Source of the DNA: Pseudomonadota bacterium
GTDB lineage: Bacteria > Pseudomonadota > Gammaproteobacteria > Burkholderiales > Burkholderiaceae_C
DNA length: 64,000 bases
Reading direction: 5' to 3'
NCBI GenBank assembly: GCA_040387875.1
Contig: JAZKCX010000039.1
Coordinates: 2,127-66,126, forward strand
The first letter of the stretch is position 1, and each line of letters starts with the position of its first letter. Below, piece by piece: positions 9,816 to 20,563 of this stretch. Position numbers and translations under genes: made by a program. Under the pieces are notes generated by a model, which saw only the letters and a program-made list of their open reading frames with translations, made no database searches and had not been told where the DNA came from.

Positions 9816-10694
9816 GTGGCAAATACGCGCCTGCGCGCGCTCACGCTGGTCTACCTGGCGGTGCTGGTGGCCTGCGTGGCCACGCTGGTGCTGCGTGGCG
9901 ATTTCAGCTTTGGCCGCAACCCCTGGCAGAACCTGGCGCGCACGCTGGCAGATTTTTCCAATCCGAGTTTTTTTGACGCCTGGATGGGCCCCGAGCGGTT
10001 GGAGTTCAAGGCCGACGACGGCCGTGTGCTGCGGGTGGAAAACCGGCGCGAGGTGGAGCGCGCCTATCTGGCCGGCATTGCCGGCGCCACCTGGACTACC
10101 TTTGTGATTGGCACGCTGGGCAGCGCGCTGGCCGCCGTGCTGGCATTGCCGCTGGGGCTGGTAGCGGCGCGCAATGCGCGGGCACCACCTTGGCTGGCCA
10201 GCCCGGCGCGGGCGCTGCTCAACAGCTTGCGTGCCATCCACACGCTGGTGTTTGGCCTGGTGCTTGTTGGCATCGTCGGGCTGGGGCCTATGGCCGGCAT
10301 TTTGGCGATTGCCGCGCACTCGCTGGGAACCTACGGCAAGCTGTATGCCGAGGCGATTGAGAACGCCGACGCCGCGCTGTTTGAAAGTGGCCTGGCACTG
10401 GGCTTTACCCCCTGGCAGGTGCTGGGCCATGCGATGCGGCGCGGCTTTTATCCGCAGTTCGCGTCTATCCACCTCTACCTGTGGGAGTTCAATGTGCGCG
10501 ACTCCACCGTGCTGGGTCTGATTGGCGCAGGCGGGCTGGGCCTGCTGGTGAGCGAAGCGGTGTCGCTGTTCCAGTGGGGGCGTCTGGCCACGCTGTTGAT
10601 CGTGCTGGTGGCATTGGTGGTGGCAATGGACCGGCTCAGCGCCCTTATCCGTAACCACGTGCTGCGGGCACCGGGCGTCAAGTACCAGGCCTGA
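9816..10694 (+). CDS. PhnE-like ABC transporter permease
   Basis: GTG start. EAIENAD...ALG and NVRDSTVLGLIGAGGLG motifs typical of PhnE permeases are present, along with hydrophobic helices. Confidence 0.7.
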   Translation: MANTRLRALTLVYLAVLVACVATLVLRGDFSFGRNPWQNLARTLADFSNPSFFDAWMGPERLEFKADDGRVLRVENRREVERAYLAGIAGATWTTFVIGTLGSALAAVLALPLGLVAARNARAPPWLASPARALLNSLRAIHTLVFGLVLVGIVGLGPMAGILAIAAHSLGTYGKLYAEAIENADAALFESGLALGFTPWQVLGHAMRRGFYPQFASIHLYLWEFNVRDSTVLGLIGAGGLGLLVSEAVSLFQWGRLATLLIVLVALVVAMDRLSALIRNHVLRAPGVKYQA

Positions 10695-11886
10695 GCGCTG
10701 GCATGCCTTCGCGCAGCAGCGCACGCATGGCCCACAGCCCCAGCAGCGGCCCCCAGCCCAGCCAGGGCAACAGCAACTCCAGCGGGTAGTGGCGCGAGAG
10801 TTCGACAAACAGCGTGATGCTGACCACCGAAATAGAAAATCCAATGCTGTTGGCAAGCGTCAGCACGCTACCGACCGAATGCACCGGTGCATTGCTGGCG
10901 GTCAGCGCCGAAAACTGCGGTGAGTCGCCCGAAACGCTGATGCCCCAGACCAGCAGCCACAGCGCAAACGCCAGGTCGCTGGCGCCAATCAGCCACGGTG
11001 CTAGCACACAGCACAGGCCGCTGGTCGCCAGCAGCGTGCCTGCCACCCGCGCACTGCCAAAACGCCGCGCCAGCAGGCCGCCCACCACGCAGCCTGCTGC
11101 GCCTGCGCCCAGCACCACAAAAGCCGCCAGCGACAGCGTGGCACCCTCGAGCCGCCGCGCCAGAATCAGCGGTACAAAAACCCACATGGTGTACAGCTCC
11201 CACATGTGGCCGAAGTAGCCCAGTACCGAGGCGCGCACCCTGGAGTCGGTCCACAGCACCGCCAGCGCACGCCACTGCAGCGCGCTGCGGCTGGCGGCAG
11301 CCCGCACGGGCGGGTCGGGCAAAAAGGCATACAGAAACACGCCGCCCAGCGCGGCCAGCAGCGCCACGCCCAGCATCACGCTGGGCCAGGGCAAATGGCT
11401 GCTGATGGCGCGCAGGCCATGCGGGCTGGCCGAGCCCAGTACCAGCGCGCCCAGCAGCAAGCCCAGCGCAGCCCCCAGCCCTTTCGAATACCACTGGGAC
11501 GCGATCTTCATGCCCACCGGGTAAATACCAGCCAGAAAGAAGCCGGTGGCGGCCCGCCACAGCAGCAGCGCGGTGAATTCGCCCACCATGGCCCACGCCG
11601 CTACCGTGCAGGCTGCGCCCGCCAGTGAACACAGCAGAAAAACTTTTTTGGGTGGGAAGCGGTCGGCAATGGCCAGCAGCGCAAACACCAGCGTGCCAAC
11701 AATGAAGCCCATCTGCAATGCGGAGGTGAGCGTGCCCACCGCCGTGGCGGGCCAGCCGAAATCGCGCTGCAGATCGGGCATCACCGCATTCACGGTGAAC
11801 CACAGCGAAGTACCGGCGAACTGCGCCAGCACGAGCACTGGCAGAACGTGCCGGGGGACGGCCCCGCTCACTGGCGTGTCAGGCAA
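10678..11886 (-). CDS. MFS transporter
   Basis: A 402 aa polytopic membrane protein of about 12 helices with two-fold MFS-like organisation. Confidence 0.75.
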   Translation of the reverse strand: MPDTPVSGAVPRHVLPVLVLAQFAGTSLWFTVNAVMPDLQRDFGWPATAVGTLTSALQMGFIVGTLVFALLAIADRFPPKKVFLLCSLAGAACTVAAWAMVGEFTALLLWRAATGFFLAGIYPVGMKIASQWYSKGLGAALGLLLGALVLGSASPHGLRAISSHLPWPSVMLGVALLAALGGVFLYAFLPDPPVRAAASRSALQWRALAVLWTDSRVRASVLGYFGHMWELYTMWVFVPLILARRLEGATLSLAAFVVLGAGAAGCVVGGLLARRFGSARVAGTLLATSGLCCVLAPWLIGASDLAFALWLLVWGISVSGDSPQFSALTASNAPVHSVGSVLTLANSIGFSISVVSITLFVELSRHYPLELLLPWLGWGPLLGLWAMRALLREGMPALRPGT

Positions 11887-13105
11887 CGCGGGGCTTTACT
11901 TTCGACGCGGCCAGTTTGGCATTGGTACGCGCCACTTCCACGTTGGCATCGAACGCCAGCGCCACGCCCATGCGGCGCTTGAGAAAACTCTCGGGTTTGC
12001 CGAACAGGCGGATGTCGGTATGGGGCACGCGCAGCGCGTCGGCTACGCCATCAAACACGATGCCTTTGGCATCGACACCGCCGTAGATCACCGCGCTGGC
12101 GCCGGGGCTCTTTAGGGCGGTATTGACCGGCAGGCCCAGAATGGCGCGGGCGTGCAGCTCGAACTGGGTCTGCCACTGGGTGGCCATGGTCACCATGCCG
12201 GTGTCGTGCGGGCGCGGGCTGACCTCGCTGAACCAGACGTTCTCGCCTTTGACGAACAGCTCAACACCAAAAATGCCCAGCCCGGAGGGCCTGCCGTCAA
12301 AGCCCACGCCGAGGTTGTCGGTCACCGCCTTGGCAATTTCGCGGCTGCGCTGCAGCGCCACCGGCGACATCGGGTGCGGCTGCCAGCTTTCCACATAATC
12401 GCCCGCCACCTGCACATGACCGATGGGTTCGCAGAAGTGGGTTTCGATTTGCCCGGAAGCGCCCACTGCACGCACGGTGAGCTGGGTAATCTCGTAGTCG
12501 AAATCAATAAAACCCTCAACGATGACGCGACCGTGGCTCACGCGGCCACCGGCCATTGCATAGTCCCAGGCCTTTTTCACATCGGCCGGGCCGCTGATCT
12601 TGCTCTGGCCCTTGCCCGAGCTGCTCATTACCGGCTTGACGATGTTGGGATAGCCAATTTTGGTGTCGATGGCCGCCTGCAGTTCTTCGAGCGAATCGCA
12701 GAACACATAAGGACTGGTCGGCAGGCCCAGGGTTTCGGCGGCCAGGCGGCGAATGCCTTCGCGATCCATCGTCAGGCGGGCGGCGCGGGCAGTGGGAATC
12801 ACGCGTACGGTGCCAGCGGCTTCGAGCTCTTCGAGCATGGCGGTGGCGATGGCCTCAATCTCGGGCACCACCAGATCGGGGCGCTCTTTTTCGATCAGCG
12901 CCTTCAGTTGCGCCGGGTCGCTCATGGTGATGGTGCGCGCATGGTGGGCCACCTGCTGGCCGGGCGCGTTGTCGTAGCGGTCGGTGGCGATGGTCTCCAC
13001 GCCCAGGCGCTGCAGCGCAATCAGCACTTCCTTGCCCAGCTCGCCGCTGCCCAGCAGCATGACTTTGGTGGCGTTGGGAGTGAGTGGGGTTCCGAAAGTG
13101 GTCAT
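11879..13105 (-). CDS. purT: formate-dependent phosphoribosylglycinamide formyltransferase (GAR transformylase 2)
   Basis: The sequence is collinear with E. coli PurT as I recall it: [58 protein letters not shown] and RLFGKPE. Confidence 0.9.
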   Translation of the reverse strand: MTTFGTPLTPNATKVMLLGSGELGKEVLIALQRLGVETIATDRYDNAPGQQVAHHARTITMSDPAQLKALIEKERPDLVVPEIEAIATAMLEELEAAGTVRVIPTARAARLTMDREGIRRLAAETLGLPTSPYVFCDSLEELQAAIDTKIGYPNIVKPVMSSSGKGQSKISGPADVKKAWDYAMAGGRVSHGRVIVEGFIDFDYEITQLTVRAVGASGQIETHFCEPIGHVQVAGDYVESWQPHPMSPVALQRSREIAKAVTDNLGVGFDGRPSGLGIFGVELFVKGENVWFSEVSPRPHDTGMVTMATQWQTQFELHARAILGLPVNTALKSPGASAVIYGGVDAKGIVFDGVADALRVPHTDIRLFGKPESFLKRRMGVALAFDANVEVARTNAKLAASKVKPRVA

Positions 13106-13131
13106 GGTTTGAGAGCAGGGAGGATGGCAGG

Positions 13132-13977
13132 TTACAAAGTGTGGCCCATGGCTTCACCCAAGCGAATGGCGCGGGCAGGCGCCCAGTCGGCATTGAACTG
13201 CAGCGTGTTTTTGGGGAATAGCATGACGACGGTGGAGCCGAGCAGAAAGCGGCCCATCTCCTCGCCTTTTTTCAGGTGAACGGGCGGGTCGGCGTAGTCC
13301 CAGGCGCGCACGGTGCCAGGCCGGGGTGGGTTCACCAGCCCGTGCCAGACCGTGGCCATGCTGCCCACAATGGTGGCGCCCACCAGCGTGAGCACAAAGG
13401 GGCCATGGGCGCCCTCGAAATGGCAGACCACCCGCTCATTGCGCGCGAACAGCCCTGGCACGCCGCGTGCGGTGACCGGGTTCACCGAAAACAGATCGCC
13501 CGGTACATGAACCATGCGCAGCAGCCGGCCGTCGCAGGGCATGTGGATGCGGTGGTAGTCGCGCGGGCTGAGGTAGAGCGTGGCAAAGCTGCCGTCTGCA
13601 TACTGCGCGGCCAGCGCCGCATCGCCACCCAGCAGTGCGGTGGTGGAGTAGCTGTGGCCCTTGGCCTGGAAAATCTGGTCGCGCGCGATCGGGCCAAACT
13701 GGCTGATGGCGCCATCGACCGGGCAGATGAAAGCAGCTTCGGCCTGCGGCCGCGCATCGGGCCGCAGGGCGCGGGTGAAGAAGTCGTTGAAGCTGGTGTA
13801 ACTGGTGATGGCAGGCTCTGCGGCCTCGGCCATGTTCACGCTGTAACGCGCCACAAAGTCGCGAATGATCCACTGCGTAAGACTCCCCCAGCGGGCGCGG
13901 GCCACCCAGCCGGCGAACAGGGTCAGGGCCTGCTTGGGAAACAGGTACTGCGGCAACACCGCGAGGCGATCAGACAC
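13132..13977 (-). CDS. psd: phosphatidylserine decarboxylase proenzyme
   Basis: LGSTVV (the GST self-cleavage site) lies near the C-terminus. DYHRIHMP and the other conserved Psd blocks are present. Confidence 0.9.
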   Translation of the reverse strand: MSDRLAVLPQYLFPKQALTLFAGWVARARWGSLTQWIIRDFVARYSVNMAEAAEPAITSYTSFNDFFTRALRPDARPQAEAAFICPVDGAISQFGPIARDQIFQAKGHSYSTTALLGGDAALAAQYADGSFATLYLSPRDYHRIHMPCDGRLLRMVHVPGDLFSVNPVTARGVPGLFARNERVVCHFEGAHGPFVLTLVGATIVGSMATVWHGLVNPPRPGTVRAWDYADPPVHLKKGEEMGRFLLGSTVVMLFPKNTLQFNADWAPARAIRLGEAMGHTL

Positions 13978-14084
13978 AGGCGCTACCGGTAGTCACTTTG
14001 GGGTCTGAATTATATCGGCCGGTGCCGGGCGGCCGCATGTCCCGCCACCGCGGCGGGGAGCAGGTGCTGCGGCACAATCGCCGC

Positions 14085-15035
14085 ATGCCCAGCCCCCTGT
14101 TTTCCGTCAACCACCTGAGCAAGCGCTACGGCAACAACACGGTGGTGGACGATGTGTCGTTCGACATTGCCCCGGGCGAGTGCCTGGGCGTGATTGGTCC
14201 CAACGGCGCCGGCAAAACCACCACCATACGCATGTGCCTGGGTCTGACCCCACCCGACGCGGGCCGCATTGTTTACTTTGCTGCCGACGGCAGCGGCATG
14301 GAAATGCCGCAGGACGCACTGGCCATCAAGGCCCAGCTGGGCGTGGTGAGCCAGTTCGACACGCTGGACCCCGACTTCAGTTGTGCCGAGAACTTGCTGG
14401 TCTATGGCCGCTACTTTGGCATGCGCGACGCCGCCATTCGCGCCCGCATTCCGCTGATGCTGGAATTTGCCGCACTGAGCCACAAGGCCGATGTGAAGCC
14501 GGGCGAACTGTCTGGCGGCATGAAGCGGCGCCTCAGCTTGGCCCGCGCTCTGGTGAACGACCCCCGCCTGCTGCTGCTCGACGAGCCCACGACCGGACTG
14601 GACCCGCAGGCCCGTCATCTGATGTGGGAGCGGCTGCAGGTGCTGCTGCAGCAAGGCAAATCCATCCTGCTGACCACCCACTTCATGGACGAAGCCGAAC
14701 GCCTGTGTTCCCGCCTGCTGGTGTTGGACCACGGCAAAAAAATCGCTGAAGGCAAGCCACGCGCGCTGATTGCGCAACATCTGGAACCCGACGTGGTGGA
14801 GGTCTATGGCAACGGTGCGCTGGCACTGGCCGAAAGCGCGGACCATGCACATCTGCGCGCCCTGGCGGCGCGGGTGGAGAAGAGTGGTGAGACAGTGTTT
14901 TTTTACACGCAAGACGCCAAGCCCTTGCTGCTGGCGCTCGATGCACATGCCGGGCTACGCACCTTGCACCGGCCGGCCAATCTGGAAGACCTGTTTTTGA
15001 AATTGACCGGGCGACAGATCAGGGAGGACGGCTGA
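14085..15035 (+). CDS. ABC transporter ATP-binding protein, ABC-2 exporter type (NodI-like)
   Basis: Walker [10 protein letters not shown], signature LSGGMKRR and Walker [13 protein letters not shown] are present. I chose the internal ATG at 14085. Confidence 0.85.
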   Translation: MPSPLFSVNHLSKRYGNNTVVDDVSFDIAPGECLGVIGPNGAGKTTTIRMCLGLTPPDAGRIVYFAADGSGMEMPQDALAIKAQLGVVSQFDTLDPDFSCAENLLVYGRYFGMRDAAIRARIPLMLEFAALSHKADVKPGELSGGMKRRLSLARALVNDPRLLLLDEPTTGLDPQARHLMWERLQVLLQQGKSILLTTHFMDEAERLCSRLLVLDHGKKIAEGKPRALIAQHLEPDVVEVYGNGALALAESADHAHLRALAARVEKSGETVFFYTQDAKPLLLALDAHAGLRTLHRPANLEDLFLKLTGRQIREDG

Positions 15036-15931
15036 TGGGGGAAAAAGAGAAAGAGAAGGCCATCGCCGCCGGGCCGCCCCAAGGCGATGACGGCCCCCCC
15101 GGGGGGCAGCGAACCACACGCAGTGGGGAGCGTGGGGGCCAGTCGATCTGGCGTACGCCTGAACTTTCGATGCGCTGGTGGCCGGTGTTCCTGCGCAACC
15201 TGCTGGTCTGGCGCAAGCTGGCCATTCCCAGTCTGGTCGGCAACATTGCCGAGCCGCTGATGTGGCTGGTGGCCTTCGGCTACGGCATGGGTGCGCTGGT
15301 GGGACAGATTACGGTGAACGGCACGGTGGTCCCCTACATCCTGTTTCTGGCCAGCGGCTCGATCTGCATGAGTGCAATGAACGCGGCCACCTTTGAGGCG
15401 CTGTATTCGGCCTTCTCGCGCATGCATGTACAAAAGACCTGGGACGGCATCATGAACGCACCAGTGAGCCTGGACAACATTGTGTTTGCCGAAATGTTGT
15501 GGGCGGGATTCAAATCGCTGTTCACCACCACAGCCATTCTGTGTGTGATGCTGGCGCTGGGCATCAGCCACAGCCCCAAACTCCTGCTGGCCTGGCCAGT
15601 GCTGCTGGGGGTGGGAATTACCTTCAGTTGCCTGGCGCTGGTCTTCAATGCGCTGGCCAAGGGCTACGACTTCTTCACCTACTACTTCACGTTGTTTTTA
15701 ACGCCAATGATGTTTTTAAGCGGCATCTTTTTTCCACGTGAGCAGTTGCCCGGGCTGGTGCGGACGGTGTCTGACTGGCTGCCGCTGACCCACGCGGTGG
15801 AGCTGGTGCGTCCGCTGTTCATGGACCAGTGGCCCCACCAGCCGCTGCAGCATGTGCTGATTTTGCTGGCCTACACCGTCGGCGGCTTCTGGCTGGCGCT
15901 GGGGCTGACGCGCAAGCGTTTTCGCGCCTGA
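15035..15931 (+). CDS. ABC-2 type transporter permease (NodJ-like)
   Basis: The ATG overlaps the upstream stop (ATGA). The protein has six hydrophobic helices. An alternative start at 15170 (MRWWPVF) would remove the charged N-terminal extension. Confidence 0.8.
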   Translation: MGEKEKEKAIAAGPPQGDDGPPGGQRTTRSGERGGQSIWRTPELSMRWWPVFLRNLLVWRKLAIPSLVGNIAEPLMWLVAFGYGMGALVGQITVNGTVVPYILFLASGSICMSAMNAATFEALYSAFSRMHVQKTWDGIMNAPVSLDNIVFAEMLWAGFKSLFTTTAILCVMLALGISHSPKLLLAWPVLLGVGITFSCLALVFNALAKGYDFFTYYFTLFLTPMMFLSGIFFPREQLPGLVRTVSDWLPLTHAVELVRPLFMDQWPHQPLQHVLILLAYTVGGFWLALGLTRKRFRA

Positions 15932-15945
15932 CGCAGCCATTCCGC

Positions 15946-16221
15946 TCAGTGCTGCAGACCGTCGGTATCGAGGTCGTCAAAACCGGCGAAGTCGGTTTCG
16001 GCAATTTCCGGCTCCGGGGGCAGCTCTTCAATCGCCGCATCCACCGTGGCATCGAAGTCTGCCAGCTCGGCCGGCAGCCGGGCCTTGACCACCTTGTCCA
16101 GTGGATGGTGCACTTTGTGCGCCAGCTTCTCCAGACTGGCGGAGCAGTGCATTTCATGCAGCACGGCCTCGGCGTTGAGCAGCATGGCGAACGGGTTGGC
16201 GAGGTGGGCTTGCAGTGGCAT
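15946..16221 (-). CDS. hypothetical small acidic protein
   Basis: The ATG at 16221 is preceded by a GGGAGA Shine-Dalgarno sequence. The product is 91 aa with an acidic C-terminus, and I recognise no family. Confidence 0.4.
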   Translation of the reverse strand: MPLQAHLANPFAMLLNAEAVLHEMHCSASLEKLAHKVHHPLDKVVKARLPAELADFDATVDAAIEELPPEPEIAETDFAGFDDLDTDGLQH

Positions 16222-16493
16222 GGTGATCTCCCTTGGTAGCTGTGTTTGTTGGCAATTCCAATGTAGATCGCGCCCCAAAAAATGCGGGTCGGCCAACAGA
16301 CAAATCACGTGTAAGCCGTTGTCTTACACCACGTACGAAGCAGCATTTCGTTCGTGCAATAGTGCCGTTTTCCACGAAAAGCTGCGGCACTTGTACCGCT
16401 TTTTCAGTCTTGTTTTTCAACGCGGTAACATCGCCGCCACGCTGCCCAGCGCCCGCTGCGGCGCCATTTAATTTTCAAACTTGCGGAGTTTTC

Positions 16494-17354
16494 ATGTCCT
16501 CTAAAGCATCTATCCAGACCGTCGGCATCATTGGCGCAGGCACCATGGGCAATGGCATTGCGCAGGCCTGCGCGGTGGCCGGCATCCATGTGGTGATGGT
16601 CGATATTTCCGAGGCCGCCGTTGCCAAGGGTGTGGCCACGGTGGGCAGCAGCCTGGACCGGCTCATCAAGAAGGAAAAGATGACGGCGTCCGAAAAAGAC
16701 GCTGCGCTGGCACGCATCCAGGGCTCGACCCGCTACGAAGACCTGGCCTCGGCGCAACTGGTGATTGAAGCGGCCACCGAGAACTTCGACCTCAAGGTCA
16801 AGATTCTGAAACAGCTCGACAGCATGCTGCCGGCCGAGGTGCTGATTGCGTCGAACACTTCGTCGATCTCCATCACCAAACTGGCGGCGGTGACCAGTCG
16901 GCCCGAGCGTTTTATCGGCATGCATTTTTTCAACCCGGTGCCGATGATGGCGCTGGTGGAAATCATCCGCGGCCTGCAGACCAGCGACGCCACCCACGCG
17001 GCGGTGCAGGCGCTGGCCGTGGCACTCGGCAAGTCGCCCATCACCGTGAAGAATGCGCCGGGCTTTGTGGTCAACCGCATTCTGGTGCCCATGATCAACG
17101 AGGCACTGTTTGTGCTGGCCGAAGGCCTGGCCACGCCGGAAGACATCGACGCGGGCATGAAGCTGGGCTGCAACCAGCCGATTGGCCCGCTGGCACTGGC
17201 CGACATGATTGGCCTGGATGTGTGTCTGGCGGTGATGGAGGTTTACCTGAACGAGTTTGGCGACTCCAAATACCGCCCCTGCCCGTTGCTGAAGGAAATG
17301 GTGGCCGCCGGCCGCCTGGGCCGCAAGACCGGCCGCGGCGTTTACAGCTACTGA
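16494..17354 (+). CDS. hbd: 3-hydroxybutyryl-CoA / 3-hydroxyacyl-CoA dehydrogenase
   Basis: GIIGAGTMGNGIAQ NAD-binding fold, SNTSSISIT, GMHFFNPVPMM and PGFVVNRIL are present. I chose the internal ATG at 16494. Confidence 0.9.
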   Translation: MSSKASIQTVGIIGAGTMGNGIAQACAVAGIHVVMVDISEAAVAKGVATVGSSLDRLIKKEKMTASEKDAALARIQGSTRYEDLASAQLVIEAATENFDLKVKILKQLDSMLPAEVLIASNTSSISITKLAAVTSRPERFIGMHFFNPVPMMALVEIIRGLQTSDATHAAVQALAVALGKSPITVKNAPGFVVNRILVPMINEALFVLAEGLATPEDIDAGMKLGCNQPIGPLALADMIGLDVCLAVMEVYLNEFGDSKYRPCPLLKEMVAAGRLGRKTGRGVYSY

Positions 17355-18256
17355 ACTTCGGACACCGCGGCCGTATGCGCCGCTGGTTGGAAGCGCGCGC
17401 GCAGATCGGCCAGCCCCAGCTCGCCGAGCAGCTGCTCCAGCCGGGCTGACGCACTGCGGCGCGGGCCGCTATGGCGCGTAGCGATGATGAGTTCGTTTTT
17501 CATCGAATGCTCCCAGCCCACCAGCTCGGTGACTGTGACCTGGTAGCCGCTGGCCTCCAGCTGCAGGCAGCGCAGCACGTTGGTGATCTGGCTGCCAAAT
17601 TCGCGGGTGTGCAGAGGGTGCCGCCAGATTTCACTCAGCGGCGTGCGCGACAGTTGCAGTGCCTTGTGCTGGCGCAGCACACCCGCCACCTCGGCCTGGC
17701 AGCAAGGCACCAGCACCATGAAACGCGCGTTCTTGTGCAGCCCAAAACGAATCGCGTCGTCGGTGGCGGTGTCGCAGGCGTGCAGCGCGGTGACCACATC
17801 CACCTGCGCCGGCAACTCCGGCGCCACCATGGATTGCTGCACCGACAGATTCAGAAAATCCATGCGCGCAAAACCGAGTTGCGCCGCCAGCGCCTTGGAT
17901 TTTTCTACCAGCTCAGGCCGCGTCTCTATGCCCACAACGCGGCCAGCGCTCAGGGCCTTGAAAAACAGGTCGTACAGAATGAAGCCGAGGTAGGACTTGC
18001 CGGCGCCGTGGTCTACCAGCGTGCCATCACCGCGTTCGTCCAGCACCTGCTGCAGCAAAGGTTCGATGAACTGGTAGAGGTGGTAGACCTGCTTGAGCTT
18101 GCGGCGCGAATCCTGGTTCAGCTTGCCGTCGCGGGTGAGGATGTGCAGCTCCTTGAGCAGCGCAATCGACTGGCCGGCGCGCACCTCGGGCAGGCCCGGT
18201 ACCGCCATATTGGCAGCGGGCGGAGTGGCAGGCGGTTTTTCTTTGGTGCGGGGCAT
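17348..18256 (-). CDS. class I SAM-dependent methyltransferase (family uncertain)
   Basis: A VDHGAGKSYLG (GxGxG-like) SAM-binding loop is followed by an acidic loop. The length is 302 aa. Confidence 0.6.
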   Translation of the reverse strand: MPRTKEKPPATPPAANMAVPGLPEVRAGQSIALLKELHILTRDGKLNQDSRRKLKQVYHLYQFIEPLLQQVLDERGDGTLVDHGAGKSYLGFILYDLFFKALSAGRVVGIETRPELVEKSKALAAQLGFARMDFLNLSVQQSMVAPELPAQVDVVTALHACDTATDDAIRFGLHKNARFMVLVPCCQAEVAGVLRQHKALQLSRTPLSEIWRHPLHTREFGSQITNVLRCLQLEASGYQVTVTELVGWEHSMKNELIIATRHSGPRRSASARLEQLLGELGLADLRARFQPAAHTAAVSEVQ

Positions 18257-18311
18257 GCGGTCATCATAGGCGACACCCCGGCAACATCTGGTGGAAATCG
18301 CTTACCCACTA

Positions 18312-18336
18312 TTTCAATTGCACACAATTTAATTGC
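18312..18336 (+). promoter_or_regulatory. candidate OhrR operator
   Basis: An AT-rich palindrome CAATT-T-AATTG (18325-18335) and a CAATTG palindrome (18315-18320) lie 18-40 nt upstream of the ohrR start. Confidence 0.4.
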
Positions 18337-18352
18337 CAGCTACAATCAGTCC

Positions 18353-18802
18353 ATGCCCACCGCCACGATGACGCCCGAAGAAGCCCTGTTGCTGGACAAC
18401 CAGCTCTGTTTTGCGCTGTATTCCAGCTCGCTGGCCATGACCAAGCTGTACAAGCCGCTGCTGGAGCCGCTGGGCCTGACCTACCCGCAGTACCTGGTGA
18501 TGCTGGTGCTGTGGGAGCGCGATGGCCTGGGCGTGTCAGAACTGGGCGAGCGCCTGTTTTTGGATTCCGGCACCGTCACCCCACTGCTTAAACGCATGGA
18601 GGCCGCCGGCCTGCTACAGCGGGTGCGTGCCAGCGACGACGAGCGCAAGGTGCTGGTCACGCTCAAGCCGCAGGGCCGCAAGCTTAAGACCAAAGGCGTA
18701 AAAATTCCTGGCTGTGTGGCCAGTGCCAGCCAGTGCGCACTGCCTGAGTTGCTGTCGCTCACCGCCCGATTACAAACCCTGCGCGGCAAACTGTCGCGCT
18801 GA
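18353..18802 (+). CDS. ohrR: MarR-family organic hydroperoxide resistance regulator OhrR
   Basis: [11 protein letters not shown] carries the sensing Cys. A winged-helix MarR core is present ([35 protein letters not shown]). The gene lies directly upstream of ohr. Confidence 0.85.
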   Translation: MPTATMTPEEALLLDNQLCFALYSSSLAMTKLYKPLLEPLGLTYPQYLVMLVLWERDGLGVSELGERLFLDSGTVTPLLKRMEAAGLLQRVRASDDERKVLVTLKPQGRKLKTKGVKIPGCVASASQCALPELLSLTARLQTLRGKLSR

Positions 18803-18851
18803 ATTTTCCCAACCGCTTCGCCCCCGAAGCACCTACCCCAAGGAGTTCCCC

Positions 18852-19277
18852 ATGACCAAACCCGAAAAAATTGTCTACACCGCCCACGCCAGCGCCACCG
18901 GCGGCCGCGAAGGCCAGGCCAAATCCGACGACGGCTTTCTGGACGTCAAGCTGGTGCTGCCCAAGGAAATGGGCGGCGCGGGCGGCGGCGTCAACCCCGA
19001 GCAGATGTTTGCGGCCGGCTACGCCGCCTGTTTTCTGGGCGCAATGAAGTTTGTGGCCGGCAAGGAAAAAATTGCGCTGCCGGCCGACACCAAGGTCAAC
19101 GGCGCGGTGGGCATTGGCCCCATTCCTGAAGGCTTCAACATCAAGGTGGATCTGTCGGTGCACGTTCCCGGCATGGACCATGCGGCTGCCGAAACCCTGG
19201 TGGAAAAAGCGCATGGCGTGTGCCCCTATTCCAACGCCACCCGCGGCAATATCGACGTCACGCTGAAGGTAATCTAA
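18852..19277 (+). CDS. ohr: organic hydroperoxide resistance protein Ohr (OsmC/Ohr family peroxiredoxin)
   Basis: An AGGAG Shine-Dalgarno sequence precedes the start. The product is 141 aa, with both catalytic Cys in context (AAGYAACF and HGVCPYS). Confidence 0.9.
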   Translation: MTKPEKIVYTAHASATGGREGQAKSDDGFLDVKLVLPKEMGGAGGGVNPEQMFAAGYAACFLGAMKFVAGKEKIALPADTKVNGAVGIGPIPEGFNIKVDLSVHVPGMDHAAAETLVEKAHGVCPYSNATRGNIDVTLKVI

Positions 19278-19340
19278 GCCGCAGCTGACGATAGTTGCTA
19301 CTTAAAATATAGCAAACTATCAAGTATATACGCTGGCTAC

Positions 19341-19382
19341 AAAGCGTTTTGACTCTCAAATGCGGGTCAAAACGCTTTTTTT
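19341..19382 (+). terminator. rho-independent terminator after ohr
   Basis: A 13-bp stem AAAGCGTTTTGAC / GTCAAAACGCTTT is followed by a T-run. Confidence 0.6.
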
Positions 19383-19417
19383 GCGTCTGCGGAGGCTTGC
19401 AGCCCGACAATCGTTGC

Positions 19418-20458
19418 ATGTCAGCTGCGCACCCCATCACCCACCCCTTTGAAGCCCTCACGCCCGACCGCGTGTTGGACGCCCTTGCCAGCGTGGGCCT
19501 GTACGGCGACGGCCGGCTGATGGCGCTCAGCTCCTACGAAAACCGGGTGTACCTGGTGCACCTGGAATCTGCTGCCGCCGACGCCGTGGCGCCACCTGCC
19601 GTGGTCGTCAAGTTCTACCGACCCGGCCGCTGGAGCGATGCGCAGATTCTGGAAGAGCACGCCTTTGCCGCCGAGCTGATGGCGGCCGAGATTCCCGCCG
19701 TCGGGCCGCTGGTGCTGAACGGCAGCACGCTGCACGAGGCCGAGGGTTTTGCCTTCAGCGTGAGCCCGCGCCGGGGCGGCCGCGCACCCGAACTGGACGA
19801 CGACGAGGTGCTGGAATGGATTGGCCGTTTTCTGGCACGCATCCACAGCGTGGGCGCGCGCCAGCCCTTTGCCCACCGGCCTGCGCTGGACCTGCAGAGC
19901 TTTGGCACCGCCTCACGCGACTGGCTGCTGGAAAGCGCCATGATCCCCATGGACGTGCAGACAGCCTGGCAAACCGCCTGCTCAACCGCTCTGGATTTAA
20001 TAGCTAAAACCCCATTAACAGCGCCGGCTACCGGCCAAAATATTGCGAAAATACGGCTGCACGGCGACTGCCATCCTGGCAACATCCTCTGGACCCCCAC
20101 CGACCTGCCCGGTGGCGGCCCGCACTTTGTCGACCTGGACGACGCCCGCACCGGCCCGGCCGTGCAAGACCTGTGGATGTTGCTCAGCGGCGACCGGCGC
20201 CAGCAGCAGCGCCAGCTCGGCGCACTGGTAGACGGCTACGAGCAGTTCCGGGAATTCGACCGCCGCGAGCTGGCCCTGATCGAGCCGCTGCGCACCCTGC
20301 GCCTGATCCACTACAGCGCCTGGCTGGCCCGCCGCTGGGACGACCCGATCTTCCCCATCAACTTCCCCTTCTTCGGCAGCAGCGACTACTGGCAAGGCCA
20401 GGTGCAGATGCTGGAAGAGCAGATTGAGGCCATGCAGGAGCTGCCGCTCGTAGCCTGA
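19418..20458 (+). CDS. srkA: stress-response serine/threonine kinase SrkA (YihE/RdoA family)
   Basis: The N-terminus matches YihE-like proteins (L.SYENRVY, VKFYRPGRW, RLHGDCHPGNILW). I chose the internal ATG at 19418, downstream of the ohr terminator. Confidence 0.8.
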   Translation: MSAAHPITHPFEALTPDRVLDALASVGLYGDGRLMALSSYENRVYLVHLESAAADAVAPPAVVVKFYRPGRWSDAQILEEHAFAAELMAAEIPAVGPLVLNGSTLHEAEGFAFSVSPRRGGRAPELDDDEVLEWIGRFLARIHSVGARQPFAHRPALDLQSFGTASRDWLLESAMIPMDVQTAWQTACSTALDLIAKTPLTAPATGQNIAKIRLHGDCHPGNILWTPTDLPGGGPHFVDLDDARTGPAVQDLWMLLSGDRRQQQRQLGALVDGYEQFREFDRRELALIEPLRTLRLIHYSAWLARRWDDPIFPINFPFFGSSDYWQGQVQMLEEQIEAMQELPLVA

Positions 20459-20563
20459 GGGCGCCCGCAGCAGAAGCGGAACTATGTCACGGTCCTCCGG
20501 GAAGGCACCAACATCCGGCAAACGCATACTTCCGTATTATTGGGAGCTCTCACAAGGATTTGT

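Noticed and set aside
9189-10856. Very long antisense ORFs typical of high-GC DNA. Examples are 9189-10856(-), 6253-7134(-), 26281-28047(-), 27948-29066(-), 31183-32412(-), 32695-33777(-), 51089-52573(-), 52953-54041(+), 55827-56849(+) and 42587-43336(+).
   Set aside because: Each lies opposite a gene with clear family motifs. Their translations are Arg/Gly/Ala/His-rich with no recognisable domains. Stop-codon scarcity in GC-rich DNA explains their length.
17471-18352. The N-terminal 294 codons of the 443-aa ORF that ends at 18802.
   Set aside because: This part is antisense to the methyltransferase gene. The MarR/OhrR domain starts at the internal ATG at 18353, just after an AT-rich operator-like region.
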